From positions 94,242,001 through 94,306,000 of the forward strand of contig NC_087472.1 in the NCBI RefSeq assembly GCF_036321535.1: 64,000 nucleotides of DNA, in the 5' to 3' direction. The stretch's first letter is position 1. The number at the start of each line of letters is the position of its first letter. Source of the DNA: Camelus dromedarius. Taxonomy: Eukaryota. The translations under genes were made by a program, and so were the position numbers. Under the pieces are notes generated by a model. It was not told the DNA's origin, made no database searches, and saw only the letters and a program-made list of their open reading frames with translations. Below, piece after piece: positions 51,650 to 64,000 of this stretch.

Positions 51650-53880
51650 AAGAATTTTAGTAGTCATGAAGATGGGGGACATAATGCAGTTGAAACTGAT
51701 ACCTGGGAAACAATTCAGGATCCTAAAATGTTAACATAGACAGAGAAAGTAGACTAAGAAAGACTCCATGTGTCAGCAAAAGAAAACCAGGAAGCTCACT
51801 GGCCTCTGATTAGACTTTAGATTGGATAAAAAGAAAAAAATAGCATGAAAAATCGAAAATACAGGCCTGCCTTACATGTCTGGTTTGATTTTATCATTTC
51901 TCCAGTCTCTAGTAAATTTCAATTTGAGAAATTAACACAAAAAGTGATTCCTGGTTGCAAATGGCCATGTTACAACTGGGAGGAGCCTATTCAATACTAC
52001 TACTACTATCATTTAAGAATAAGTACACTAAGAGCCACTTTCAGACAGACAGAGGGGGAAAAGGAGAGACCGTCACAGAAAGAACTTTCAAATATACACT
52101 TGAAGATAAAAATTAAACTACGTGGGTAAAACAGATAAATCAGAAGGACGAATGAACAAAGACATTAGTAAACATGTTGGGAAGTTTAAACAAATAATGA
52201 ACATAAATAATGAATAACACTTTGTAATATGAAATAGGAGTTACTGGAGTAAATATTTTTAAGGTCATTATTGTTTCAGAGAAATACAGTAATGTCACTT
52301 TCAAAATTTGTTAATTTCAAATATGGATGTTAAAATTGCATGTGCATTATGGTTACCAGTAGGGAAAGAGGGTGGCGAGGGATAAATTGGGAGTTGGAGA
52401 TCTGCAGATACTAATAACTCCTACGTATAAAATAGATAAACAGGTGTCTTCTGTATAGCACAGGAAACTGTATTCAATATCTTGTAGTAACCTATAATGA
52501 AAAAGAATATGAAAATGAATATATATGATTGAAATACTATGCTGTACACCAGAAATTGACACAATATTGTAAGCTGACTATACTTCAATAAATAATTTTT
52601 TAATTGCACATGCAGTCAGCAAAATAATGCATATGGAATATACAATGCAGTAAAAAGAACAATATATCAAAAAACTTAGGCAATAAATGAAGGCAAGAAA
52701 GTAGGAAAATCCAGTAAGATTAGAACAAATGAAAAATGAATGTTAAAATTATTTAATGCATCAATAATCACTATAACTGCAAATAGCCTGAAGTCTTCAT
52801 ATGAAATATATATAAAAATATATAGGTAAGGGTCTAGCTAGCTACATAGATGATATGGGTCTCTCTGTCATACATAATATATATATAACCATTCTTTTAA
52901 TTTCTAGCAATTGTTTTCCATATGGTTTAAGTGCATCTCTTAAATAGTCCTTCAATCATTATGAAATATATATTAAGATAAAAATATTTTAAAATTGTAT
53001 CATAATATAATGATAATTTCAATTCAGTATAATGAAAAATATTCAACAATATGCACTTAATAACTTTATGTTATGTCTAAAATCTGTAGTGCAAAAATGA
53101 TCAATATTTCAAAGAGAGACAGCTCCAGAATTAGAGTGGGAGTGTTTTCAAATGTTTCTCAAATAAAGAAATTGAAACAGATTTAAAGTATGGATTTAGA
53201 ATTTGTTGAGACACAATTAACAAAATTAATAAGCTTAAGAGTTACCTTATGCTTATGTCCAAACAGGGAAAGTATAAATTTTACTATCAAGCACACAAAG
53301 AATATTTTAAAATTTGATCATAATCTGGGTTGTAAACCAAGACTCAGAAAATTCAAAGTCTATAGCATACAGGCTACATTCTCAACAAAAGTATAATTTA
53401 GTGATCAATAGCAAAGACTACTAAACCACACATGTTTTAAAATTAGAAAAATGAAAGTTTATAAGTTGAAGAAATAACAGTGAAAATTGGAAAAGTATTG
53501 GGAACTGAATTGAGGCAAAACCACTGCAGATAAAGATTTTTGTTTAATATTACTTAGAAGAAAATTAAAATATAATAAAGATGATTGAAAACTAATTTTT
53601 AGGTATTCAATGGTATTAGATGGTATTAGAAATTAAAGAGTTGGCACAACTAGAAATAAAATAGATTAAAGAGACCATCATTAATAGCTTTATGCCAATG
53701 TGTTAAAACAGTAAACATTTACAATTTTCTCCCCCATATACAGAGACAAATAATGTATTTTTTATTATAAATCTAAAATATACACTAACATGGAAAGACT
53801 GGAAATATTTTGATGGCTTTCTGTAAACTGTAAGATTTTGAGTAATTTTTCAGTATTTTTCTTTATTATCCATTTTTCTC
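51650..53880 (+). mobile_element. Ancient L1M/HAL1-like segment
   Basis: A-rich tract with L1 endonuclease-region relics (aatttgatcataatctgggttgtaaaccaagactcagaaaattcaa...catacaggctacattctc). Confidence 0.5.
52347..52595 (+). mobile_element. Camelid-type L1 3'-end fragment
   Basis: ggttaccagtagggaaag...gataaattgggagttggagatctgcagatac...ctgactatacttcaataaa; TSD aattgcaTGtgca / aattgcaCAtgca. Confidence 0.88.
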
Positions 53881-54599
53881 GAAAGAGTCTAAGTGACCTG
53901 TAGGTTTAAACATAAAGTTCATGCTTTATTTACTGATAGTGGAACTCTGATTATTCTTGTATCAATATTAAATTAGCACAACCATTTTCCTGATCATATT
54001 TACAAGCATCCTTTGCCAATATGCTCTTCCTGGGTACCTCTATAAGGCGTGGGTTTTCTGGGTAGAACTTGGGGGTGACTGGCCAATTCAGTGAGTGTCT
54101 TGATCAACTCCTGGAGTCTTCTGACAAATGCTGGCATTAATTTTGTTGCAGTTTGAAAGTTGGATACATAAGCACATAAGCAAATCTCAAGAAATGCTTT
54201 AAAATCAAATTGCACACATTCATTGATGATTGTATATTGGCATTGCTATCCCTCCATTGAATAGATGTAAATATTAGAGCAAAAATTCAACTGATGTCAG
54301 ACCCTTCTGAAATTGCTTTACACACCACCTTTTCTAATCAAATTAGAAGTTTGTTCTGAATCATTTCACTGCCTGCAGCTGCTCCCCAGATATTTAAAAC
54401 CATTCAACAGACTAAACTTGACTATTCCCTCGAGGTGGTGTATGAACGGCTGAGGAAAGGTGACTTCACCATTCACCAATGTTCAGATATTTCTCTATAT
54501 TCAGAGCTTTAACATTCTATGCACATAAATCCTCCGTGACTGGATAGATTTTATAAAATATATTGGAAGTAAATGTTATTGTTTACTAAGCACTGTCAA

Positions 54600-55300
54600 A
54601 TGTATTGCCTCAAACCAAAAATGTCTAAACACAGCCTCTCTTCTATCTACAAACCTGCTCCTCCTAAGATTGGCAAATAGCACTTGCATCCAGGGCATCC
54701 TGGGCATGCAGTCTGTGAAGTTCACGTTTGGGCTCCACTGTCAGAATCTTGACATCTTTAGTAATTTTTTAACAAGATACCCTGTGTTTTCATTTTGCCC
54801 CAGGCTCCACGAATTATGTACCCATTTGACAGACTACATTTTCCAACTGCTTAATCAAAAAAACTTGGGTCATACCCCGTATCCAAACTATCAAGACTCC
54901 CTATTTTCTTTGCCTTTAGATTATATTTACCTCTCATGAGTTTCACTACTACCACGCAAGCCCTAGCCCCCAGCATCCATCCACAGCCTCCTGTCTCCCC
55001 TCCTCCCTTCTTGACCCTCTCACCAGTCTCTTCTCAGTAGAGCAATTGAAGTGGTCTTTATAAAAGAAAAGTCCAGTCATGTCACTCCTTTGCTCAAATA
55101 CCTCCCATTACTTGTTATTTCACTTGACTAAAGGCCCAAGTCCTTGTAGTGACCTACAGAGTTCTGCATGATCTGGTTTTCTAAAATCTCTCTCTCCTTG
55201 TCTCTTGACATCCCCTTTCTTGTCCACTTAGTTTTATCAACACTCATACCCTTCTCATGCTCACAACCTCCCAGCCACAGGCCTTGGAACTTTCTCCATA
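54600..55300 (+). mobile_element. L2 fragment with an embedded MER91-like element (~54691-54828)
   Basis: L2 motifs aaacctgctcctcct, gtccagtcatgtcactcctttgctcaaatacctcc; MER91-like end gttttcattttgccccaggctccacgaattatgta. Confidence 0.55.
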
Positions 55301-55329
55301 GTTTCTATTTCTCTGCTGCTGACATTCAT

Positions 55330-56060
55330 CATCTGTTTATTTATATATGTATGTTATCCTTTAGGTTCCTGAAAATGTTTAACAGTTGCTTTGATGTCCT
55401 TGTCTGATCATTGCAAATCTGGGCCATCTCAGAGTTGGTTTATTGACTATTTTTGTTTCTTGAGTATAGATCAGCTTTTTTTGTTTCTTTGCATGGCTAG
55501 TGATTTTTGATTGAATACTGGATATGAATAATATTTGCTAGAGACTCTAGATTCTCTTCCTCTGAACAGCGATTTTCATTCCATCAGGTAGACAACTTGG
55601 AGGAACTTGAGTTCCCAGTTCTGTCTCCCCTGTGGGCTGCAGACGAGACAATCATTCAGTTCTTTCAGTTTACAGCTGGTGAGATTTCTGTTGTACTTCA
55701 TAGGGTCTTTACGGTATTTTAGAGATCAGCCAAAGATCTGGGTTGATTTTATACACGGATATTGGGCTCGCCCCCTCTCAGCTCCCTCACTTCCGGGATT
55801 CCTTTCTGTCTGCTCTGCTTTTCCAAACTCCGTCTTCTGTTAGGCTGTAACTTTTCATGCCCCCATGGTGTATAGATTTAGGCACACTACAAGGCAAAAA
55901 AATGTAAACTCACAAATTTCACCAAGTACAGTTATGTTCTTTCAAGGGTAGATTTCCCTCCAGTTCCTGCCTGTTTTTATTCTTTCTCCTGTGGGTTGAA
56001 ATTATGATTATTTTTTATTTCATCCAGATCTTATAAGTCTGTGAAAAGTTAGTTTGCTCA
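55330..56060 (-). mobile_element. Ancient L1M segment
   Basis: gtccttgtctgatcattgcaaatctgggccatctcagagttggtttattgact...ttctttgcatggctagtgatttttgattgaatactgga. Confidence 0.5.
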
Positions 56061-56187
56061 AACTACTAGCTACATGTATTCAGGCCAATTATTTATCTTC
56101 TCTGAGCCTTATTTTCTTCATCTGTAGGAGGCAGATAAGATGCAGATAGTAATAGGGTCAGTGTGAGGATTAAATACCTTATGTATG

Positions 56188-56440
56188 TGTCCTGAGTTTG
56201 TACTGTGTCAACTTAGCAGAGCTGGAACCGTGTCTCTCAGAATTCCCTTCCCTTAATGGAGACATTTTGTGTGGGAATTGGAAGGGGAGTGTGAAAAACA
56301 CACCTTTTGCACTTGGAAGCTGAATACAGGGCTCCAGTCCCTGGTGCGAGTCACACAGGTTGTCACTGCTCTGCTGGCTCACCTTGTAAGCTCCCACTTG
56401 GTGCCCTGCTTCAAATCCTCTAACTTTTGTGCCCCTGCCT
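56188..56440. mobile_element. ERVL-type LTR fragment
   Basis: tgtgtcaacttagcagagctggaacc...cagaattcccttccc resembles the start of ERVL LTRs. Confidence 0.45.
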
Positions 56441-56585
56441 ATTTAGCTCTGGAAAAATAGAGCACTTAAAAGAGCAAGATCCAAGGATTGAAAGGATATG
56501 ACTGGGAAAACCTAAACAACGTGGTTAATAATTCTCAATATTATCATGTCAGATATTCTAGAAATAAATCCCTCAATACTACAGA

Positions 56586-56987
56586 TGTACCTTTTGGTTG
56601 GGTTCCTTGAGAAGCCAACTCTAAGACTGTATTTAGATCTCAGCATATTAGAGAATTCCCTTGGGTGCATCTGTGGAAGAGGAAAGGAAGAAGCAGGAGA
56701 GGGCAGATGAGGAAGCCAAAATGCATGGCAGGCCTGAACAGTCGCTTCAGCTGACTCCCACAGGGGATTTTGGAACTAAGATGGCCCGGCAGAGTCTTTG
56801 TGCATAGGGCGCCTTGAGCACCAACTTGATAGGTCAGTCATTGCATAACTGTCTAGGAAGGGCTTGACCTTGGCCGTGGGAACTCTGCCACTGAGGCAGT
56901 CCCTGAAGAGCTGACAGGGAAAGCATCTGGGAGTACTTTCTGTCCTTCATGGAAAGATCTTGACTGTGCATCTGTATGTCCATCACA
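56586..56987 (-). mobile_element. LTR16-like (ERVL) solo LTR
   Basis: gggttccttgagaagccaactctaagac...ctgtggaag...gaagcaggagagggcaga...ggaactaagatggccc...gaggcagtccctgaagagctgacag...gtccatcaca. Confidence 0.6.
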
Positions 56988-59349
56988 GTATTCAGTAAAA
57001 GACATAGAAGAAAATCTGGAGTGAAATTGTGAATCCATTACCCAAAAAATGTAACGTGTGTAACAAAAGTGATTTTGTCAGAAAGACAAGCTAACCAGGT
57101 ATCACTATTATCATCTCTAACATTGTTTTCAAATTTGATCCTTGCCCACCCTGAGCTATGAGTTTCAGTTCTTTCCTAGGCATAGTGCTGGCATCTAGAA
57201 GGAAATTCACTATTCAGTTATCCATGAGGAGTACTAATTTTATTTCATAAGAAAAGTTCATTTAATACAGTGGGTGATGCTCGGGTTTTGGATTCAGGCT
57301 AAACAATTTTATGTTCAAATTATTTATTTCTAAAGCAACTTACATTTCACTTTAGAAGTATATTGTTCATATTATATTAGTTTCCAAATAAGGTGTTAAT
57401 TACCGAGGGTTGCCTGGAAGAGAATATTGGTCAATTAATTTGGGAATCATGGGGTATGTATAGGTGTAGTGCAATGTCAGAAATTGGAGCTAATTTTGGA
57501 GAACGCAGATCAAATTAGTGAAATGGTATGTAATTTTTCTTCAATGCTGATATTTTTAACATGGTTTTGGGTTCTTTTTTAGAACTGTGCCTGAGGACTT
57601 TTGACAGGCTGCACAAGATAATCAGTCAACCATCTATATTGTCATCCTTCATTTTTGATCCAAAGTGGAATTACCCACCTTAATTTCCTTTCTCTCTCAG
57701 TTAATATGAGGAATCAGTAATTACTGCTGATTTTAATTCTCCTTCCTGGTTTCGAAAGGGTAACTTTACATAGCCATTTGTTTGCCTTCATCTTTATGAT
57801 AGATAAGTATTTTGTTGGTATATTGAATTAAATACTGAGGTCGTTTTTAATAATATTACAAACAGATTGACATAAGTGACTAGAGTAATTACTTTCTTCA
57901 ATAATAATCTACTCATGATCCTTTCTTTGACTTCTTACCCTCCCTCCTTCTTTCCCTTCCTTTCTTCCTTCTTCAAACACATTACAAGTATCTACTAAGG
58001 GTTAATATTTCTACCAAGCACAGTGTGGGAGTGGGGACCAAGAGAATGAGGGAAGAGATTAATTTAATATAAATGAGATTTCCCATCATGACTTGGTCCC
58101 ACGAGCTCAAAAACACCATACATACTGAGAACTGTGTTAACCACTAACAATTTTATATAGAGAGATAATGCAGTCTATTTATTCTCTAATTAGATTATTT
58201 ATACACTATATTATTTATACTAGCTATATATTTACTTTATACCTTATTCAAGTTGGAGGAAGAGAATATATGAAGATCTATTTAGAAGACTTTGAGCAAA
58301 TCAGAGTGACTGATTAGGGATCTCTTGTGGATACTGATAACTTTCAAAAGTTGATGAACCTTGAATATGAAGCTAAGAATTTTACACATTATCTTCTAGG
58401 CAATGAGAGGGTACTAAATTTCTTTTGGGTGATAAAGTTGTGTGTTACGAACATTGAATTTGTCAAGATATATCGAAGGAGAGAGATTCTAGGAGCAGGT
58501 GACCCCAGGAGAAGACTATGGCCATATGCGAATTTGACAGCATGTGCACGGTGTATAAATATGGAATTTGTCTCCTTGGTATATCTAATGAGGCTACATT
58601 AAAAAGTCATAGAGTAACAGTAATAATAACCAACTAAAGAAAAATCTTAGAAATGTGCCTGGTAAATTTGATAGTAATATGAAGAACTAAAAAATTGAGG
58701 GTACAGTTTTGAAATAATTTATATTTCAACAGCATTATGAAACATAAGCATAACTCAAGAGATGATGTTACAAAGAGAAAGCACAAGAGTAGAGCTGTCA
58801 GGTTTAAGGTCACTTGTTTAGCTAAATAGTTACTTAGTATTTGAGAAGCATTTAGAAGAAAAAAACATAACTTTGTTAATTATTTTCGAGCACTAAAATC
58901 TTCAGGTTTGTGGGTTAATTTCTATGAAATTTAAAAGAGAAAAAAATACGGCTTCTATGTTAGGCAGTTTACACTGGTCAGAACACTCTTACTAAAAGAA
59001 AGCTCTTCCATTTGAAATGAAGAGGATTCTCCAATTGAAAGGAGTATCAGAGGGGGAAAAAAAAGAACAGTTTACTAGTTCTTTCTGATAACTTCTGCCT
59101 TAATACCTCAGCATTTGGTTTGTAGACAGAATATAAAATCACGTGACCCTTAGACCATGAGTAGACAAAATGAAACAAAGTAAGAAAAAAGAGTAAGGTT
59201 TTCTTGGTACGCTTTCATACTGAAATTACTATCTAAATATTCAAAATGGAGATTAAGAAGTTTTATACTTTCAATAGAAGCAATTCCATGCTTCAAGAAT
59301 CAGTATGAAAAAAAGGGAGACATATTGCACATAAAGCAGAGTGAATTCA

Positions 59350-59548
<199 letters not shown>

Positions 59549-62500
59549 GCCCTCTCCCTCCCTCCCTTGTTTTTTTTCACTGAAACTATTCCTGCATTAA
59601 TTACGCACATCAGTAAAGGTGTCCTTACTCAGACAAATGTCAACCTTTTAATATAAATGGTAACATGATGGTCCACTGAGTAGAACTATCCTTTGTTTAA
59701 GACAAATGCAAAGGTTGGGACTGGGGTTGAAAACCAGAACAGTTTGAACCAGTACATATTCTTGCCCTTTTTTGTCTGATTAAATCTCAACTTACTCTAT
59801 GGCCTATTTTGTGAGCCTTAAACAAACTTCAGAGCCCTGAGAGAGAACACAACGCCCAGGACACATGTGCTGTCACCTTGTGGGATAAAATGAGCAGGAG
59901 ATAATAGGCAGATGGGAGCTCACCATCCTATTTTGACACTTGTTATCCATATGTCCTTGAGTCATTTCTACAACCTCTGTGAGAATGACTTTGCTAAATC
60001 ATCTGGGAATTGTGTTTGGCTTTCATGAAAGAGATCTGACTAGACAAGCTTAAATACATAGAGCGTGATAGCCTCATCTAATACATGCTGAGTATGGATG
60101 TAGGAAGTTGATGGTGTGGGTTCAGTTGTGCAAGGATGGTAGGGTCAAGTCTGGGATATGCTTTTGACTTGTGTCTCATTACCCTCACGTGGCTTCCAGA
60201 GCTCCGTCTAGTCAGCAGCGTATCTTTACAGAAATGATTGCCTAAAGGCAAACTTGTTGGAGTATATAACAAGTTTGTGAATTTATTTCACTTCAGAAAG
60301 TCTTATTCAAATACTCACTTCAATGTCCTCTTTGAAACTTCAGATTTTGTTAAAAAATAAAGTTCTATTTTCAAGTTTATTTTTCTGAAATATCTTATAC
60401 CAGAGTTTACTTTACTTAGATGGAGGTTTATACTATTTACTATATATATATATCAATAATTTCAGGCTCCCTTACAGCTGAGGAGTAGGCAAATGCATCT
60501 CCACTTGTCTATGTATTAGGTGCTCTGGACCAAGATTTAGATCAGTGAATGCCATTAAACTGGTAATCAAATAAATGGCCATGACAGGCAATTCTTGATT
60601 ATCTCAAAGATGATTATCTTGTCTGTATATTAATCATCATCCTTTTCTTTTTCCTTTTCTCATTCACCTTTAGGACCAAATTTTAAAAAGGAGAACCTTG
60701 TAATGTTCCTACTTATTAAATTTAGTAGGTGGATGCTTAGAATAGTGGTTAAAATGAGATATTTAGATCAGTGATGTATTTGACATCTCTATAATTTTCC
60801 TATCTCTGATTTCTGTAGATGACTGAAAAAAGTTCTATTTTTACATATAGAAATTATCCGTGTATATATGTATTTTAGTCCAGAAATCACATTGATTATA
60901 AAATGTGTCCTTAGATATTTATAATAGGAAATATTTTGTATTTTCAGTGGCCTTGATCCTTTAAAATGCCACCTAAGGTCGATTGTGATAACATAGCTCA
61001 CTTTTAAAATGTTAATTAAGTAGACTCATATAACAATTGGCATCTCACCCATTCCAAAGTGTTGGCACAAAAAAAATTCTGAATGATGACCTTGAGCTTC
61101 TGAGAATGCTACTTAATGTTAAGCAAATTAAACACAACTGTCTTGGGCAGTTTAAGTAAGAATCAATCTTGATCATTACTCTTGGCAGATTTACAGGTAA
61201 ACTGAAACCCAAAATATTTCAAAGCAAACAGCCAAAAGATAACAAGTTCTAAAGAACTTGGAACATTAACGTGGGAGCAATGAATCAGGCTAATGGCAGC
61301 ATTAGAACCAGATGTGGCAAGGAGATAAGCAGATATTTCCTGAGCTTAACAAAGAAATAAATATACTACTTGATACTTTATGAGTAATTAATAAAATAGA
61401 TGAGTTATTGTTTTGTCCCTTTTTTATAAGATGAAGTTGGACCATAGTGAGGAGGAGGAATGCAGTCTTACATTTCAAAAAGGGTATTAACTACGTGTAA
61501 TTAAATTTTGTTAGAGAAAAATTGCATCACTTAAAGATGTTGAGCCTATGAATTTCTTTAGGAATTCCTTTGAAAATTGATCAGCAAGCACTTCATTTGT
61601 TTAACTAGTTCAGCGGTATAATTGTGAGATTAAATAAATTTTATTAGGAGATTAACTTATTCCCCCTTTGGTGATATCAATCTATTTTTTTGTTTTGTCA
61701 TTTTGTTTTGTTTTTTTTTTTCTGAAATGCACATGTTGCAAACCAAACACAATGAGTAACACTTGACACTATGCACTTCATGTCACAAAACAAATTTAGA
61801 AATACTTCTAGGTATTAATATGGCTGATACCAATAATGTAAGAACATAATTTAATGTAGCTGGATCTTTTAAAATAAAAGTAAAAAGAAATAATAAATTC
61901 AGAGAGTGCCAAACCATTGCCTGTCTATTCTAGCCGTTTCCTCCTCCATGTGATAATTTTAAGTCTGTTTTAACCTTATTCCAATGAATGCATCCCTGAT
62001 CTGCCCTGCTCCAGTATTCAGGTTTAATTGTGATCTGTTGACTTGGTTCTACTTGCTTGGCTTTAGCTGCTAGAAAGCAATTATGCCTGATCATTTCTGG
62101 TAGTTATTGCTGCTGTTATCACTTGCCTGTCCAGGACCTGCCAAGAGTTTCCCAAATACATCTCATTCCCATATTTGCATTTCTCTTGGGAAATACAACT
62201 GTGATGTTTGTTTTTCTGCACAACATTTTCTTTTTGCTGATTTTCTTAGTAAACTTCCTGGGTGCAATGTCAGAACTGAATGTCTAGACCCTCAAATTCT
62301 GGTTGGTTTGTTTTTTTTCGTGGTCTCTACAGGATTCTGTTCTCTAGCATACAGTCCAGCTCACCCAGCTATTAGTTCTCAGGATCTGGTTTATTCTTCT
62401 CCACTTCCAATCTACAACAAAACTTTTATAATGCAGGTTGCAATATGTACAAATATAATTGGAGTGTGCTGTCAGTTTCATATTGCTTCCTCCTTGTTTT

Positions 62501-62852
62501 CTTGCCAAGCAGACCTGGTATTCAGTACTTTCTCTATATTTGTTGATAGCTCTTGATTTTTTTACTCCATCAGTTTTAATGACTATATGCAGTATACTGG
62601 TCTTTCTTACTGACTGGATGGGAGGAAAGGTTTAATTTAAACTGAAGAATACTTGACAGTGATGTCAGTAGTCCCAGATGACACTGAAACGAACAGATAC
62701 GTGAGAACGTTTTGTGAAACTAACCTAGTCTTTGTGGGAATGAGCTAAATAGTAAAATTTTCATATTGTCTCACCTTTTGAATTATTATGTGTGCATATT
62801 TTTTTCTTTATATTTTTTCTTGTTTCTTTTTTAAAAGTTTATTTTTATATTC

Positions 62853-62950
62853 AATGGCTTGTAATAATCTATAGTGAAAAAGAATATGTATGTATATATG
62901 TTAATAGAATTACTATTCTGTACACCAGAAACTAATTATAAATCAAAAAA
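62853..62950 (+). mobile_element. Short L1 3'-end fragment
   Basis: cttgtaataatctatagtgaaaaagaatatg...ctgtacaccagaaactaattataaatcaaaaaaa. Confidence 0.6.
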
Positions 62951-63091
62951 ATATTGAAAAATGTACATGCACATTAGAAGTTACTTTTTGGTCCGATTAT
63001 TTTGCTTAAATAATTTCTTTTGGCATATAAATTAGATATATTATTGTTTCTTTCTTCCTGCCTGATTGAGTCAAGAATGTGGTTTGAATAC

Positions 63092-63179
63092 TTTTTTTTA
63101 AATGGAGGTACTGGGGATTGAACCCAGGACTTTGTGCATACTAAGCACACACTCTACCGCTGAGCTATTCCCCACCCCC
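63092..63179 (-). mobile_element. tRNA-Ala-derived camelid SINE, short form
   Basis: T tract followed by aatggaggtactggggattgaacccaggac...ctctaccgctgagcta; 17-bp TSD with one mismatch (63072-63088 / 63180-63196). Confidence 0.9.
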
Positions 63180-64000
63180 CAAGAATGTGTTTTGAAGGAA
63201 GATAACTTTTGCTATTTAAAAAGCATAGATTTAAATCTATCAATAAATCATTCTCACTTAAAGTCACCCATATTCAAAATCCTACTGGGTTTATGGGTGT
63301 AAAATATAAAACCTAAAGCTTACCTTCCAGGAACTTGAAGTCAATTTGTGGAGAAAAATGGATGTAATTTTAGCTATAAACACAAATATAAAAGGACTAG
63401 TGGTCAAAGCAGGTTATAATGATTGTCAAGGTCTGTTTGGCTTCATATCCATCACACATGTCTGTGGTCGTCTGTAGGCTTACCCTGCCCCTGGAACCAG
63501 CAGGAGCCCCACTTGGTCGTACAGCACAGCTTCTCTTTGCACCAACAGTGTAGGGAATCTGTAAGTGATTTTCTGATGCTGTGTGCTATCCCTCTGCCTT
63601 TCTATTTGACCTCATTTCTGGCTATCCCATCACCTGGAGTTGTTTCTAACTTCTGTCCTTAGAGTTGGCTTCATCCCCACTTGCTTCCTTCTTACTAGCT
63701 TGGCCCCTCCTTACTCTCAGCGTGCCATATGGCAAGTGTCACACAAGAGTCCATGCTAATCCTTTTATGACTGCTAGTGCCAAGTCAGTACTGCAGCTCA
63801 CAAACTCTACAAGAATTTAAATAAGAGATAGACTATGATTATTCCAGACTGGGTTGTCAGGGCCCTGGGTCTACCTAGAAATCAGAAAGTATTGAGGAAA
63901 AAAAAAAAAAAAAAGCTCTCCAGGTAGAGAAAACAATGAGTAAAATCAAAGATAAGACAGTGTTTTACTGCAGAATGATGATATGAATTTGCTTAGAGAA

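Noticed and set aside
54000..54215. Protein-like minus-strand ORF (RRLQELIKTLTELASHP)
   Set aside because: Short, weak splice signals, no recognisable family
60250..60276. Hairpin aaacttgtt...aacaagttt as a terminator or miRNA
   Set aside because: A 9-bp AT-rich stem is too short and expected by chance; intrinsic terminators do not apply to mammalian DNA
62107..62556. 149-aa ORF
   Set aside because: Non-ATG start, F/S/L-rich composition typical of T-rich non-coding DNA, no known domain

Overview
This is AT-rich, CpG-depleted mammalian genomic DNA, very probably camelid (camel, alpaca or llama). The main evidence is five copies of a tRNA-Ala-derived SINE of the Vic-1 type and artiodactyl/camelid-type L1 3' ends; I saw no Alu, Bov-tA/BovB or PRE-1 elements. 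I found no recognisable host protein-coding exon, CpG island, functional RNA gene or CRISPR array. The only ORFs with recognisable protein are L1 ORF2 fragments and ancient CR1/L3 reverse-transcriptase relics. The window reads as intronic or intergenic DNA layered with transposons: L1 of several ages, L2, MIR, L3/CR1, MaLR/ERVL LTRs, hAT MITEs and SINEs, several with readable target-site duplications (TSDs) and nested insertions. Between them are unique stretches with enhancer-like motif clusters, hairpins and splice-site-like signals. I do not see a convincing novel biological system; the findings are modest leads. Repeat subfamily names come from my recall of consensus sequences, not a database search, and boundaries of old elements are approximate.
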